Part shown: positions 30,686 through 39,596 of the stretch, one piece after another
How positions within the stretch are numbered: position 1 is the stretch's first letter
Layout: each line of letters opens with the position of its first letter
Source: a virus
Lineage: Duplodnaviria > Caudoviricetes
Direction: 5' to 3' (one strand)
DNA length: 64,000 nucleotides
IMG/VR virus record: IMGVR_UViG_3300005805_000001
Location: 23,332 to 87,331 of that record
Notes under the pieces: model-generated
Seen by the model: the letters and a program-made list of their open reading frames with translations, nothing else
The model's database searches: none
What the model was told of the DNA's origin: nothing
Translations under genes and position numbers: made by a program

Positions 30686-33038
30686 TTATTTGAGGTGTTT
30701 GATAATGTGTTAATGCCAAACGTATCTTCCTACGCTTAGCCGTGTCAATTGTGAACTTCACAGTTTCAGGACCGAATGTATTGTAATACACTGATCCTCC
30801 ATTCGAACTGTAATCCCTGTTACTGCCCGCAGTCCTGATGAATTGCAGGAACTCATAATCATCAAGGATTTTGTTAAACTTGCTGAGTAAGGCGAGTAAT
30901 TCAAAGTCCCACATGTTGGTCTCCTTCGCCTTGTCAATCATGACCTGGTGCAATGCTGCGGCTTTCTTGAATCCGTGTTGTGCATTCAAGGTCTTGTACA
31001 TTCCACACTGCAGTTTGATTATTTTGTCAACAATCTCACTGGCCGCAGGATCCAATATACTCAGGAGTTTGTTGTTTCCAAACCATCTGTAATAAGGGGA
31101 AACCTCATTATATACAAATGCCAAGGTACTCAATTTTGCAAACAGTTTGCACTTGCCTTTCAACAATTCGTTTATCTCGATGAAGTTTGTCAAAGGTGCG
31201 AAATACTTGTGATGTGTCTTTGCGACCATCAATGTCTCCATCTTGACTCCTTCATGATAATACCCGAAAGTATGCATTCGAGCAAGCAGTTCTTTGTCAT
31301 CCTCCGTGCCATATACAATCCATTTGCGGATGTTTGGAAGTTCTGAAAGCTTCATGTCCTTGTTCTGGAATGATGCCGTGGCATTGTAAACAGCGGGAGT
31401 AACGGCAACCTTGACAAGTATCTTGCCATTGGATTTGCGCAACGCGTTGATCCCACTTCCAGAGTTTGGAACAAGGGCCCTTTGTGCAGCAAGCCAATCC
31501 TTGGTTGGATTCATGTCGTCATACTTCAGGACTTGCCTTGACATGATGAAATTCCTTTGGAACTCCTGGAAAGCCTTGATCCTTTCACGCCATTTGGCAC
31601 GAGGAACATTGGCCAATCCAAGAATGAAATAATAGGAATGCTGGTCATCATATCTGTACACGGACTTTTTAGAGAACAATGGAGTGCCTATCCTTTTGAT
31701 ACACATCCAGTCATTTGTCGAGTGGGTTTCACACATGAACTTGGTGCGCTTGGGATCAAGCGTGTGTGTCTCCATCAACAGGACTTTGGTGTTTGTATAT
31801 TCACCATTCAATGTGTCAAGAAAGCTGTGGTTAAGCATGGAATAACGCGTATTGCCGTTCTCATCCTTGGCTTGTTTCGACTTCTTGCCTCCTTGAATAC
31901 TGGCATATCCCATGTAATCCGAAAGGATTTGACGCCAATCACTTACATTCAAATGATATGGAAAGCCTTTTAACCTCACAGGCTTTGTGACTTGGGCACT
32001 TTGACTGGGAGTGAGATAATACATCTCATTACCTATCTTCACGCATTTGTTCTTGAGCATCTTGACAAAATCCTCAAGATCCTCAACTTCCGTGTTCTTG
32101 GCGTCATACAATGCCACAATCTCCTTGTCAAACTCTTCGAGTCTTTTCTGGACATTCTCAACGGTCTTCTTGTTGTAAAGGATTGACTCACGGTTTGGAG
32201 TGATTGCAAGCTCACCTATGCTGAAATTCAAGGCAAGATCCTGATATCCCTCACTTCCATTTCTATACTTGGCGGAAATATTTGAATCAAGCTTGGACCA
32301 ATCCAAAGGATAACTCACAGGACCCAACTTGATGCGCAAAGGCCTGTCCGAAAGCTCGGAATATGTGAATGACTTGCCCTTGATCATCTTGTAGTTGTTC
32401 ATCTGTGCCTCTTCGTCAATGTTAAAATACACATTCTCGAAGAAACAAAGCTGTTGCTTGGTTGCCCTGATGAAGTCACGCTTGTCACTCCAACCATTGA
32501 TGAACACTTTGATGGTGGTACCACTTGGAAGATCACTCGGGCTGATGCCAAGCATATCAATCTGTGGAAGACCATCCGCCTTGTGCATGATGTACTGATA
32601 CTGCATGCCGTTGTGACGGGTGGTGATGTAGATCTGGTCAGTGTAACTAAGACCTGCGAACTTACCAAGACCCATCATGCCGATGGCTTCATTTGATTCA
32701 CGTTTTGTGGACTTACCGAACTTACGGTAAACCTTCTCAATCCTTTCAGGCGATATGCCTGGGCCAAGATCAGTCACATACCAATATGATCCCTGATCCT
32801 TGTCAGTCTGTATGCCCACCTCGATAGGCTTGTCTTTGTTACCTGACTCGACATTTGCGTCCCACGCGTTCGAACTGTACTCCCGTACAAGTGAACCGAT
32901 GGGATCTGAATACAGATTGCTTGATAAGATCTGGAGTATCCACCCCAGATCCTCTGCGTCAATCTCAGCCTTGTGAGATTGGATTTCACCCACTATGGTT
33001 ACATCCTGCAGGTTTGAATTAAGAATGTCCTGTTTCAT
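30651..33038 (-). CDS. rIIA-like protein (GHKL/HSP90-type ATPase N-domain)
   Basis: LYSDPIGSLVREYSSNAWDA, D.GPGI, G.MGLGKF and SGTTIKV. Confidence 0.8.
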   Translation of the reverse strand: MKQDILNSNLQDVTIVGEIQSHKAEIDAEDLGWILQILSSNLYSDPIGSLVREYSSNAWDANVESGNKDKPIEVGIQTDKDQGSYWYVTDLGPGISPERIEKVYRKFGKSTKRESNEAIGMMGLGKFAGLSYTDQIYITTRHNGMQYQYIMHKADGLPQIDMLGISPSDLPSGTTIKVFINGWSDKRDFIRATKQQLCFFENVYFNIDEEAQMNNYKMIKGKSFTYSELSDRPLRIKLGPVSYPLDWSKLDSNISAKYRNGSEGYQDLALNFSIGELAITPNRESILYNKKTVENVQKRLEEFDKEIVALYDAKNTEVEDLEDFVKMLKNKCVKIGNEMYYLTPSQSAQVTKPVRLKGFPYHLNVSDWRQILSDYMGYASIQGGKKSKQAKDENGNTRYSMLNHSFLDTLNGEYTNTKVLLMETHTLDPKRTKFMCETHSTNDWMCIKRIGTPLFSKKSVYRYDDQHSYYFILGLANVPRAKWRERIKAFQEFQRNFIMSRQVLKYDDMNPTKDWLAAQRALVPNSGSGINALRKSNGKILVKVAVTPAVYNATASFQNKDMKLSELPNIRKWIVYGTEDDKELLARMHTFGYYHEGVKMETLMVAKTHHKYFAPLTNFIEINELLKGKCKLFAKLSTLAFVYNEVSPYYRWFGNNKLLSILDPAASEIVDKIIKLQCGMYKTLNAQHGFKKAAALHQVMIDKAKETNMWDFELLALLSKFNKILDDYEFLQFIRTAGSNRDYSSNGGSVYYNTFGPETVKFTIDTAKRRKIRLALTHYQTPQIIEKSDESEEPC

Positions 33039-33053
33039 TTAATGCTGAATTGT

Positions 33054-33338
33054 TTAGTTGGTTTTGTCTAAATAGATAAATAAGCCTTCCTGTTCGAAAG
33101 GGTACTGAAAATCATGAAATACAAACGCAGTCCAATCAAAATACTTTTTCCTGATGTACTCGTCTTTTATTCTCCAATATGCATTGTTTACATACTGCAA
33201 CACAGAGTTGCGCATATGTATCTTCCTGAATACCTCTGATTCTGTAGAGGCTGTAATCTTTTCTTCAGCCTGTAAGACAGGCAAGTTCCCTTTTCCAGGA
33301 ACAGGACAATAAAACTCCACTTCAATCGTTACATTCAT
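33054..33338 (-). CDS. hypothetical protein
   Basis: 94-aa ORF in operon order. Confidence 0.45.
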   Translation of the reverse strand: MNVTIEVEFYCPVPGKGNLPVLQAEEKITASTESEVFRKIHMRNSVLQYVNNAYWRIKDEYIRKKYFDWTAFVFHDFQYPFEQEGLFIYLDKTN

Positions 33339-33495
33339 GTTTGTAGATTTTAATCAAGGCGTTTTCAAACGCCTCTGTGGTTTTCAATCCTTCGTCTTTT
33401 ATCATCCTTGAAATGTTTATCTCCGTGTTGTCGAAATAAACAATAAGAGCTTTGTATTCCTCAAGGCTGAGTTCCAATTGAATCATTTTGTCCAT
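33322..33495 (-). CDS. small hypothetical protein (57 aa, below the ORF-track cutoff)
   Basis: Translated by hand as MDKMIQLELSLEEY...; fills a gap and overlaps the next gene. Confidence 0.4.
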   Translation of the reverse strand: MDKMIQLELSLEEYKALIVYFDNTEINISRMIKDEGLKTTEAFENALIKIYKHECND

Positions 33496-33604
33496 GTTTA
33501 GAATCTGATTATCATTTTATAATGTTCCAGGGCTTCTTCATATGTATAAGCCCAAATCCTATATCCGTCAATTACAAATAACTTTTTTTCCTTGACGGTT
33601 GTGT

Positions 33605-35488
33605 TTATTTTGTCCATGAATCACTGATTGTTATGTCACTTAATACTGGTACTGTTTTAATCATTTCCATGCCTGCCTCCTGCATCAATCTCTGTTGTAT
33701 CAGGGACCACTCTTCCGCAAAGTCTGCCCGTACCTCACAATCGATTTGATCATGAACAGTCATCACAATGTAGACTTTATCATTCATTAAGTGGTCTTTT
33801 ATGTACTTACGAATGAGATATAATGCACGCTTGACCATTTGGGCACCCGAGGCTTGGATGGGAGTGTTCATTGAGGCACGCTCAATCTCTCCGACCATCT
33901 TGAAGTCATCCCTTTCCTTCAAGGATTCCCATTTTGGGAACCATCTGATGATTGAGTATGGCTTGAATGATCTGATGAATCCCTTGCTCATGCCATACTT
34001 GCGGCACTTGGAGAGATATGCGTTGAGATTGGCTGTCGCCTTGAAATAATCCTTGATGATCTTGTCCGCATCCTTGACTTCAATGCTCAATGTGTCAGCA
34101 AGTTTGAACTTGGACATGCCGTAAATCAAGCCAAAATTCACAGTCTTTGCAGCGTCACGATAGGACTTGCCACGAAGGAACTCAGGCTTGTCCCTGACTT
34201 GATCCATTGGTACATTGAACACCATTGACGCCACCTTGGAATGCAGGTCCTCACCATTATTGAACGCGTCAACCCATAATGGTTCCTGACTGCCTTCAGC
34301 ACACAATCTTAACTCTTGGCCACTGAAGTCACAGCTCACCATCTTGAATCCAGGTCTTGCAGTGAAGCAATTCCTGTACTCGATTTTCGCAGGAATGTTC
34401 TGCATGTTGGGAGCACGTTCCTCTTTTGAACCAGAAGTCACACGGCTTGTCTCCGCCATTTGCCAGAAGGAAGTATGTATCCTGCCTGTGTTAGGATTGA
34501 CATGATCCATGAAATCCAGACCATAGGTTGTCACAAGCTTCTGTTGTTTCTTGTAATCAATAAATGTCTTGATCAACGGATACTTGTATTGATACTTGAC
34601 AAGAAACCTCTCACTCGTGCTCTCCAAGTCAAGACCCAATGCCTTGAAGACCTTGTCTACCTGGCTTGGACTGGACCATAGAATGGCGACAGGACTCTCA
34701 TGTTCATATCCATCCTCAATGCCTGCGAACATGTTTGCTTGCACCATGGGTTTTACAAACCTTTCAAGCTTTGGTTCCTCAAGAACAAGCCTGTTGAGTT
34801 CCTCTTCATACTTGATCTCACTCTCTTGTGCCTTGGACGCCAGTTCAATCCATGCCTCACGACTGAATCCCATGCCGTTGTACTCAATGTCTGCAAGGGC
34901 GAGACAAGCGTTGAACTCATTCTCAACCCATGGCAGAATGTCAAGCTCCTCGAGTTTCTTGAGCTGAGCCTCCTTGATCTGAGTCAGACATGTCACGTCA
35001 CCCACGCCATACATTATCTGCTGCTCGGTAAATGGTTGTCCCTGGATGTCAGAGAACTGTCCACGCACGGCTTTGTTCAGCTTTATGCCGCAATACTTGT
35101 CAGCCAGATGCGCAAGACCCAATGATCTTGTCTCATAGCCATTGGTGATGCAGCACTCCGCAAGCATGGTGTCATAGATGTTCTCCAATGTGATGCCATG
35201 GAACTTCAAATACTTGTAATCAAACTTCAGGTTCTGGCCTGTGACCTTGATCTGCTCCAACCTTTTCAACACACTGATGTCCGTGTACCTGACGTCAATG
35301 ACATATGTCACATCAGCCCAGTTCATCTGGAGCATCAATATCTTGTTCTTGTGGTTGAAATGTCCCTCAGTCTCAGTATCCAAATTGACCTCATCAAGAC
35401 CAGAAAGCCAGTCGATGCATTCCTGCAGACTGGCCTTTTGATACAGATCGCTTTGAAGCAATCCGTCATTGCCTATAAAATACACCAT
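33605..35488 (-). CDS. polA: family A DNA polymerase with 3'-5' exonuclease
   Basis: ExoI DTET, ExoII NLKFD, ExoIII YGVGD; motif A DFSGQELR, motif B RDAAKTVNFGLIYG, motif C VHDQ. Confidence 0.95.
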   Translation of the reverse strand: MVYFIGNDGLLQSDLYQKASLQECIDWLSGLDEVNLDTETEGHFNHKNKILMLQMNWADVTYVIDVRYTDISVLKRLEQIKVTGQNLKFDYKYLKFHGITLENIYDTMLAECCITNGYETRSLGLAHLADKYCGIKLNKAVRGQFSDIQGQPFTEQQIMYGVGDVTCLTQIKEAQLKKLEELDILPWVENEFNACLALADIEYNGMGFSREAWIELASKAQESEIKYEEELNRLVLEEPKLERFVKPMVQANMFAGIEDGYEHESPVAILWSSPSQVDKVFKALGLDLESTSERFLVKYQYKYPLIKTFIDYKKQQKLVTTYGLDFMDHVNPNTGRIHTSFWQMAETSRVTSGSKEERAPNMQNIPAKIEYRNCFTARPGFKMVSCDFSGQELRLCAEGSQEPLWVDAFNNGEDLHSKVASMVFNVPMDQVRDKPEFLRGKSYRDAAKTVNFGLIYGMSKFKLADTLSIEVKDADKIIKDYFKATANLNAYLSKCRKYGMSKGFIRSFKPYSIIRWFPKWESLKERDDFKMVGEIERASMNTPIQASGAQMVKRALYLIRKYIKDHLMNDKVYIVMTVHDQIDCEVRADFAEEWSLIQQRLMQEAGMEMIKTVPVLSDITISDSWTK

Positions 35489-35517
35489 GTCTATTCTTTT
35501 TTATAAGTTTCATTGTT

Positions 35518-35796
35518 TTATTTTGAATATACAATGTTTGCCTCAACTCCTTTTACGACAATCTTTGTAGGTCTATAGTTTTTGGGATTTAATAATAAGT
35601 ACCCAAGCTGATATCCTCTCAAAGAGTTGTCAGGACAATACTCACCAAAAGGGGATAGTTTTATCTTCTCTCCCTTTGTTTCAATATTATTTGTTGGTTT
35701 AACAACCTCAAATTCAATAATAGTAGTCCAATTTTTCTTTTTCATCAGTACTTTTTCTAAAGATCCCCTATATACTCTAGAGGCGGTTTGTTTCAT
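35518..35796 (-). CDS. hypothetical protein (AT-rich)
   Basis: 92-aa ORF upstream of polA. Confidence 0.45.
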   Translation of the reverse strand: MKQTASRVYRGSLEKVLMKKKNWTTIIEFEVVKPTNNIETKGEKIKLSPFGEYCPDNSLRGYQLGYLLLNPKNYRPTKIVVKGVEANIVYSK

Positions 35797-35860
35797 AATG
35801 TGTTATTTAATACCCAATCGGGTGTGTTTTTGTTAGTTTAAGCATTTATTATACCTTATC

Positions 35861-35924
35861 TGATGCACATGAGGGACTCGAACCCCCTACTTTTCAGTGT
35901 TACCATGTTACAACCAATGTGCAT
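35861..35924 (-). tRNA. tRNA-like element lacking a normal anticodon arm
   Basis: Acceptor ATGCACAT/ATGTGCAT, D-arm-like GTT...TGGT-AAC and T-arm GGGGG-TTCGAGT-CCCTC. The anticodon arm is replaced by ACT-GAAA-AGT. Confidence 0.6.
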
Positions 35925-35930
35925 TCCTTG

Positions 35931-36018
35931 TAGTCAGGACAGGATTCGAACCTATATATATCGTTCCTCTTTTCTATGTTTTCTTGAGACGATAGCCGTA
36001 CCATTCAGCCACCTGACT
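35931..36018 (-). tRNA. tRNA-like gene with a 24-nt anticodon loop (Leu-CAA if a 17-nt insert is removed)
   Basis: Acceptor AGTCAGG/CCTGACT, D stem GCTG/CGGC, anticodon stem ATCGT/ACGAT, T-arm ATAGG-TTCGAAT-CCTGT, discriminator A. Confidence 0.7.
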
Positions 36019-36067
36019 AATATTCTGTATTCTTTGCGGAGAATATGAGAAATAATCTCCGCATCAA

Positions 36068-36307
36068 TTAGCTATGTCTTTCAAACAAAGCTGATTCAAT
36101 CGTGGCTATATCAAGCCATGATGGTCTTTTAGGAAGTTTGTTTCCGTCTTCATCGTAATAACTGATTACCCTCCATCCTTGATTAATGGTATGTCCGGGA
36201 TAATTATCAGTACCTTCATGATACTTGTCAGCTATTTCAACGTGTACAGTACACAATACATCATCTGGCCCGATGAACTCGAGCTCATATTCAAATATTT
36301 CTGTCAT
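36068..36307 (-). CDS. hypothetical protein
   Basis: 79-aa ORF coupled to its upstream neighbour. Confidence 0.5.
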   Translation of the reverse strand: MTEIFEYELEFIGPDDVLCTVHVEIADKYHEGTDNYPGHTINQGWRVISYYDEDGNKLPKRPSWLDIATIESALFERHS

Positions 36308-36519
36308 TACTTTGAGGATTTTGTTATGAAACCCATGAGGGTCTTGATGTCCTTTGCCTTTAGGATCTCAGTCCTAGGCTTTTCACCATTGAAATATGCT
36401 TCCTTGTCTTCACGCTTAAACGCACTCCATAACTGTGTGTGAGGATTGTAATGGAAGAGGTAATCGTACAAAGGATTTGCTCCAGGATTGTTATCCATGT
36501 GTTTGTTTTTTAAGTTCAT
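36307..36519 (-). CDS. hypothetical protein
   Basis: 70-aa ORF in operon order (LYDYLFHYNPHTQLW). Confidence 0.5.
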   Translation of the reverse strand: MNLKNKHMDNNPGANPLYDYLFHYNPHTQLWSAFKREDKEAYFNGEKPRTEILKAKDIKTLMGFITKSSK

Positions 36520-36721
36520 GTCTTACCTTAGTCCAGAATACATGGTCAGGATTTATATCCTCACCTATGAATCCTGGTTTGAAGATCCTTTCAGGAGTTG
36601 CATCAAGAACCTTGTCAACCACTGAGATGCATATTTTTAATGCCTCATCAAGTTGTATGTCCCTGTTTTTCCATATGTCAAGATACATACTTTTTGCAGT
36701 TTCCCTTGGATCCCTTTCCAT
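36491..36721 (-). CDS. hypothetical protein
   Basis: 76-aa ORF in operon order. Confidence 0.45.
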   Translation of the reverse strand: MERDPRETAKSMYLDIWKNRDIQLDEALKICISVVDKVLDATPERIFKPGFIGEDINPDHVFWTKVRHELKKQTHG

Positions 36722-37152
36722 CAGCTTATCCTTAATTCCTGTTTACGATTCTTACCTGGTCCTACATATGACACATGAACCCATGCTGGATTCTTATCAT
36801 CACCATACTCCCATATCAACTGGTCAAAGTCTACATTCTTTTTCAACCAATTGTAGATCTGTCCATTAGTCAATCCATTCTTGAATATGTCAGCATCAAT
36901 GTCAATCGCTTGACCCAGCATATGCTGTGATTTAATTGAACCATTCACAGCCTTGTTGAGAGCCTTGCTTCTGAAGAAACTTGATATTCCTATTGGTTTG
37001 CCATGCCATTCACGCAATGGTTCAAAGCAATTCTTTGCCACGGCTTTCATAGCCCTGATTTGCTCATCATTGGGAGCATTGTCAATTCCTTTTCTTACGG
37101 CAGTCTGGCTTTTGATTGCCTCTGCCAATGTGATGTGATCACTTATTTTCAT
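36721..37152 (-). CDS. peptidase M15A (Zn D-Ala-D-Ala peptidase; endolysin-like)
   Basis: ISSFFRS...N, SQH..GQAID and WVHVSY motifs. Confidence 0.85.
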   Translation of the reverse strand: MKISDHITLAEAIKSQTAVRKGIDNAPNDEQIRAMKAVAKNCFEPLREWHGKPIGISSFFRSKALNKAVNGSIKSQHMLGQAIDIDADIFKNGLTNGQIYNWLKKNVDFDQLIWEYGDDKNPAWVHVSYVGPGKNRKQELRIS

Positions 37153-37345
37153 TCTTGTCCGGTTTTAAGATTAGATTTGGATCATAGTAATCTTCAGGCC
37201 AATACTCACTGCATTTTCCTTTATTCTTGTCATAAGGAAGTTCTATGAAATATGCTTGCCTGAATTCATTGGGTATAGCGTTTACCCTGTAGCAGTTATG
37301 ACGTAAAGGACAGTTGATTCCTTCACACATTGTAATGTCAGCCAT
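37139..37345 (-). CDS. small Cys-rich phage protein
   Basis: MADITMC...CPLRHNCYR...C pattern. Confidence 0.55.
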   Translation of the reverse strand: MADITMCEGINCPLRHNCYRVNAIPNEFRQAYFIELPYDKNKGKCSEYWPEDYYDPNLILKPDKNENK

Positions 37346-37476
37346 TGGTTTAGTGTTTAATCAATAACCTGTCCAATCATTGTCATTATCATTCTTTATT
37401 GATATGAGTATCAATAATAACAATAAAACACATAAGAATACAGACATTAATACAATGATTGTAAGTTGTGTGATGG

Positions 37477-37881
37477 TCATAACAATAGGATTTTGGAGAA
37501 TCTTCTTGGAAGGAACACATTCTCAAGTTCAAGAGCTGGCTTGAACATTGGGGCTATGTCTTCAACCTTGTTACCTGCCAATCCACAGCCAATCTCCGTT
37601 ACAAGAAAGTCAAATTGCACATTCTGATGTGCAAAATCAATGAATTTATGCACATAATCACAGATGCGGTATAATGGCAGTTTGCCAATGGTACGGTCTT
37701 TTGTGGGAATTGCATATGATTGTCCGTACAATCCCTCACCCTTTCCATACTCAGCGCCAAACATGAAGTAAGCCTGATGCGCAGCTCCTGCCCCATGTAT
37801 TCCCGCTTCATTGGAACCAAAGACAAATATCTCATTGTCATACAGTTGGTAAATCTTACCTTCGGATACCCTGGCTATCAT
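37477..37881 (-). CDS. macrodomain-like protein
   Basis: IFVFGSN.AG.HGAGAA, YAIPT and VTEIGCGLAG motifs. Confidence 0.65.
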   Translation of the reverse strand: MIARVSEGKIYQLYDNEIFVFGSNEAGIHGAGAAHQAYFMFGAEYGKGEGLYGQSYAIPTKDRTIGKLPLYRICDYVHKFIDFAHQNVQFDFLVTEIGCGLAGNKVEDIAPMFKPALELENVFLPRRFSKILLL

Positions 37882-37980
37882 TGGAATCTTTGTTGTTTGA
37901 GGATTTTACGTGATTCCTTTGTGACTGCAGGATGATACCATGATCCAGGTAATCTTATTTCCTTGGAGTAACGCTTCTTG

Positions 37981-38532
37981 TTATGGAAGCACCACAGGTT
38001 CTTTTCCCTGGTCGTTCTGCATGAGCACATCATTATCATTGACATGAATGCCATTGTCAATGTCATGCTTTTTGATTTGATTTTCATATTCCAATCTTAG
38101 TTTGTCATAGAGTGTTGTGAATTCGAAGTGTTTGGTTTCCAGCATATCCTTTGCCGTACGTATTGAATGTATGACAGTCACGCGGTCCAGTTCAAGGTAA
38201 TCCTTAATCATATTCTTACTCATTCCTGCTATGTAACATAGCCTGCAAAACGACTGCCTTAAGAATACAAGTGCTCTCTTACGGCATTTCGTTCTAATCC
38301 CTTCGGGATAATATTTATCTGTGACTTCTTCCAATACAATGTCTGCAGCTTTCATTAAAACCCAGGGATTGATGTCTATGGTTCTATCCATGATTACATC
38401 AACCCTGAGTTTGAATTTTTCAAGTGCAAGCCTTTTGACCTCAGCCACGAAATTGTCATATTCCTCTATGATGTCAGATTGATTATCACGAGGGTCCAGA
38501 ATATCACGCATGCCGATAAGATTATAGCCCAA
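37981..38532 (-). CDS. DnaA C-terminal-like HTH DNA-binding protein
   Basis: R...VFLRQSFC...SKNMIKDYLELDRVTVIHSIR resembles the DnaA domain IV DHTTV.HA signature. Confidence 0.5.
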   Translation of the reverse strand: MGYNLIGMRDILDPRDNQSDIIEEYDNFVAEVKRLALEKFKLRVDVIMDRTIDINPWVLMKAADIVLEEVTDKYYPEGIRTKCRKRALVFLRQSFCRLCYIAGMSKNMIKDYLELDRVTVIHSIRTAKDMLETKHFEFTTLYDKLRLEYENQIKKHDIDNGIHVNDNDVLMQNDQGKEPVVLP

Positions 38533-38569
38533 ATATAAGGCATAAAACTGTCATTTTCATCTTTTTTCA

Positions 38570-39061
38570 TTACCAAGATGATTGATATTTGTATGAAATG
38601 TTGATGTCACGTGGCTCATCAAGGATAGCTTTAAGACATTCGTGAGTCTTCATCACTTCATTCCAATACCACTCATCAATGTCATAGGTACCAAAGAAGA
38701 AACCTACTTGTGGAGGTAATAACTTCATTGCCAGATTGTTACGTTCATCACCTTCAGGAGTGCGTAGCAATTCATCGCATATCTGAAACAGTTCTTCCAA
38801 TGATGAATAGGATACAAAATGTTCTTCACAATTGTCATTACCCCTTTGTACATTGTCTACGAACCATTTATGTATATGATTGGCTTTACGCCAGTACAAT
38901 ACATGCTCAGTTACTGATACAATCTTGTGCATGATAATGTCAATCTTTTTTCTTTGATCATTATCACCTTTGCAAGTGAGGTCTACAGTGCCTTGCACAT
39001 CACGGTATTCATGATTGGCTCCCACATAGATTTCCCGATATAAATACATATCTAATCCCAT
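38570..39061 (-). CDS. conserved phage hypothetical protein (MGLDMY.../YWRKAN family)
   Basis: MGLDMYLY, YWRKANHIHKWF, GFFFG and YQSSW motifs. Confidence 0.65.
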   Translation of the reverse strand: MGLDMYLYREIYVGANHEYRDVQGTVDLTCKGDNDQRKKIDIIMHKIVSVTEHVLYWRKANHIHKWFVDNVQRGNDNCEEHFVSYSSLEELFQICDELLRTPEGDERNNLAMKLLPPQVGFFFGTYDIDEWYWNEVMKTHECLKAILDEPRDINISYKYQSSW

Positions 39062-39258
39062 CAGTTATAAGTTTTTAAATGTTCGATAATAGCTTCGTTT
39101 ATGCTGTTCTCACATAAACCGATTTCATGTTGCATTGATCCTCCGTCTTCAATCTCATCTTTGCAGAGTTGATAGTAATCTACGAATTGATCTTGAAGTT
39201 CAGGATATTTTTGGATTGCATTCCTTACAAAATCCTGTAACTGTGATAATGTAGTCAT
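39061..39258 (-). CDS. hypothetical protein
   Basis: 65-aa ORF coupled to its neighbour. Confidence 0.5.
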   Translation of the reverse strand: MTTLSQLQDFVRNAIQKYPELQDQFVDYYQLCKDEIEDGGSMQHEIGLCENSINEAIIEHLKTYN

Positions 39259-39269
39259 TGTTCTACGAT

Positions 39270-39593
39270 TTAATGATTAGATTTTTCTTTTAAGCGTTTG
39301 ATTTTAATCATTTCGAGAGTCATCGTGGTCATTTTATCATAACCATATGCCGTGTTTTCAAGTGTACCGTCTTCCCTAAATTCCAATACTGTACCTCTTT
39401 CATCAGTGATTTTCATTATGTTAGCAGTAGTATGTGGTATATCACCTAATGCAATCTGACGTTGAATGTTTCGTAAATCATATTCAGTAAGTACGGTATC
39501 CTGACAATAATACAGTGGAGGTTCTATAATATCTATGACGATTATATCCTTACCTATCTTGAAGACTTTTTTGTTTTTGTTTAACAATTTCAT
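39270..39593 (-). CDS. hypothetical protein
   Basis: 107-aa ORF in operon order. Confidence 0.45.
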   Translation of the reverse strand: MKLLNKNKKVFKIGKDIIVIDIIEPPLYYCQDTVLTEYDLRNIQRQIALGDIPHTTANIMKITDERGTVLEFREDGTLENTAYGYDKMTTMTLEMIKIKRLKEKSNH

Positions 39594-39596
39594 GCT

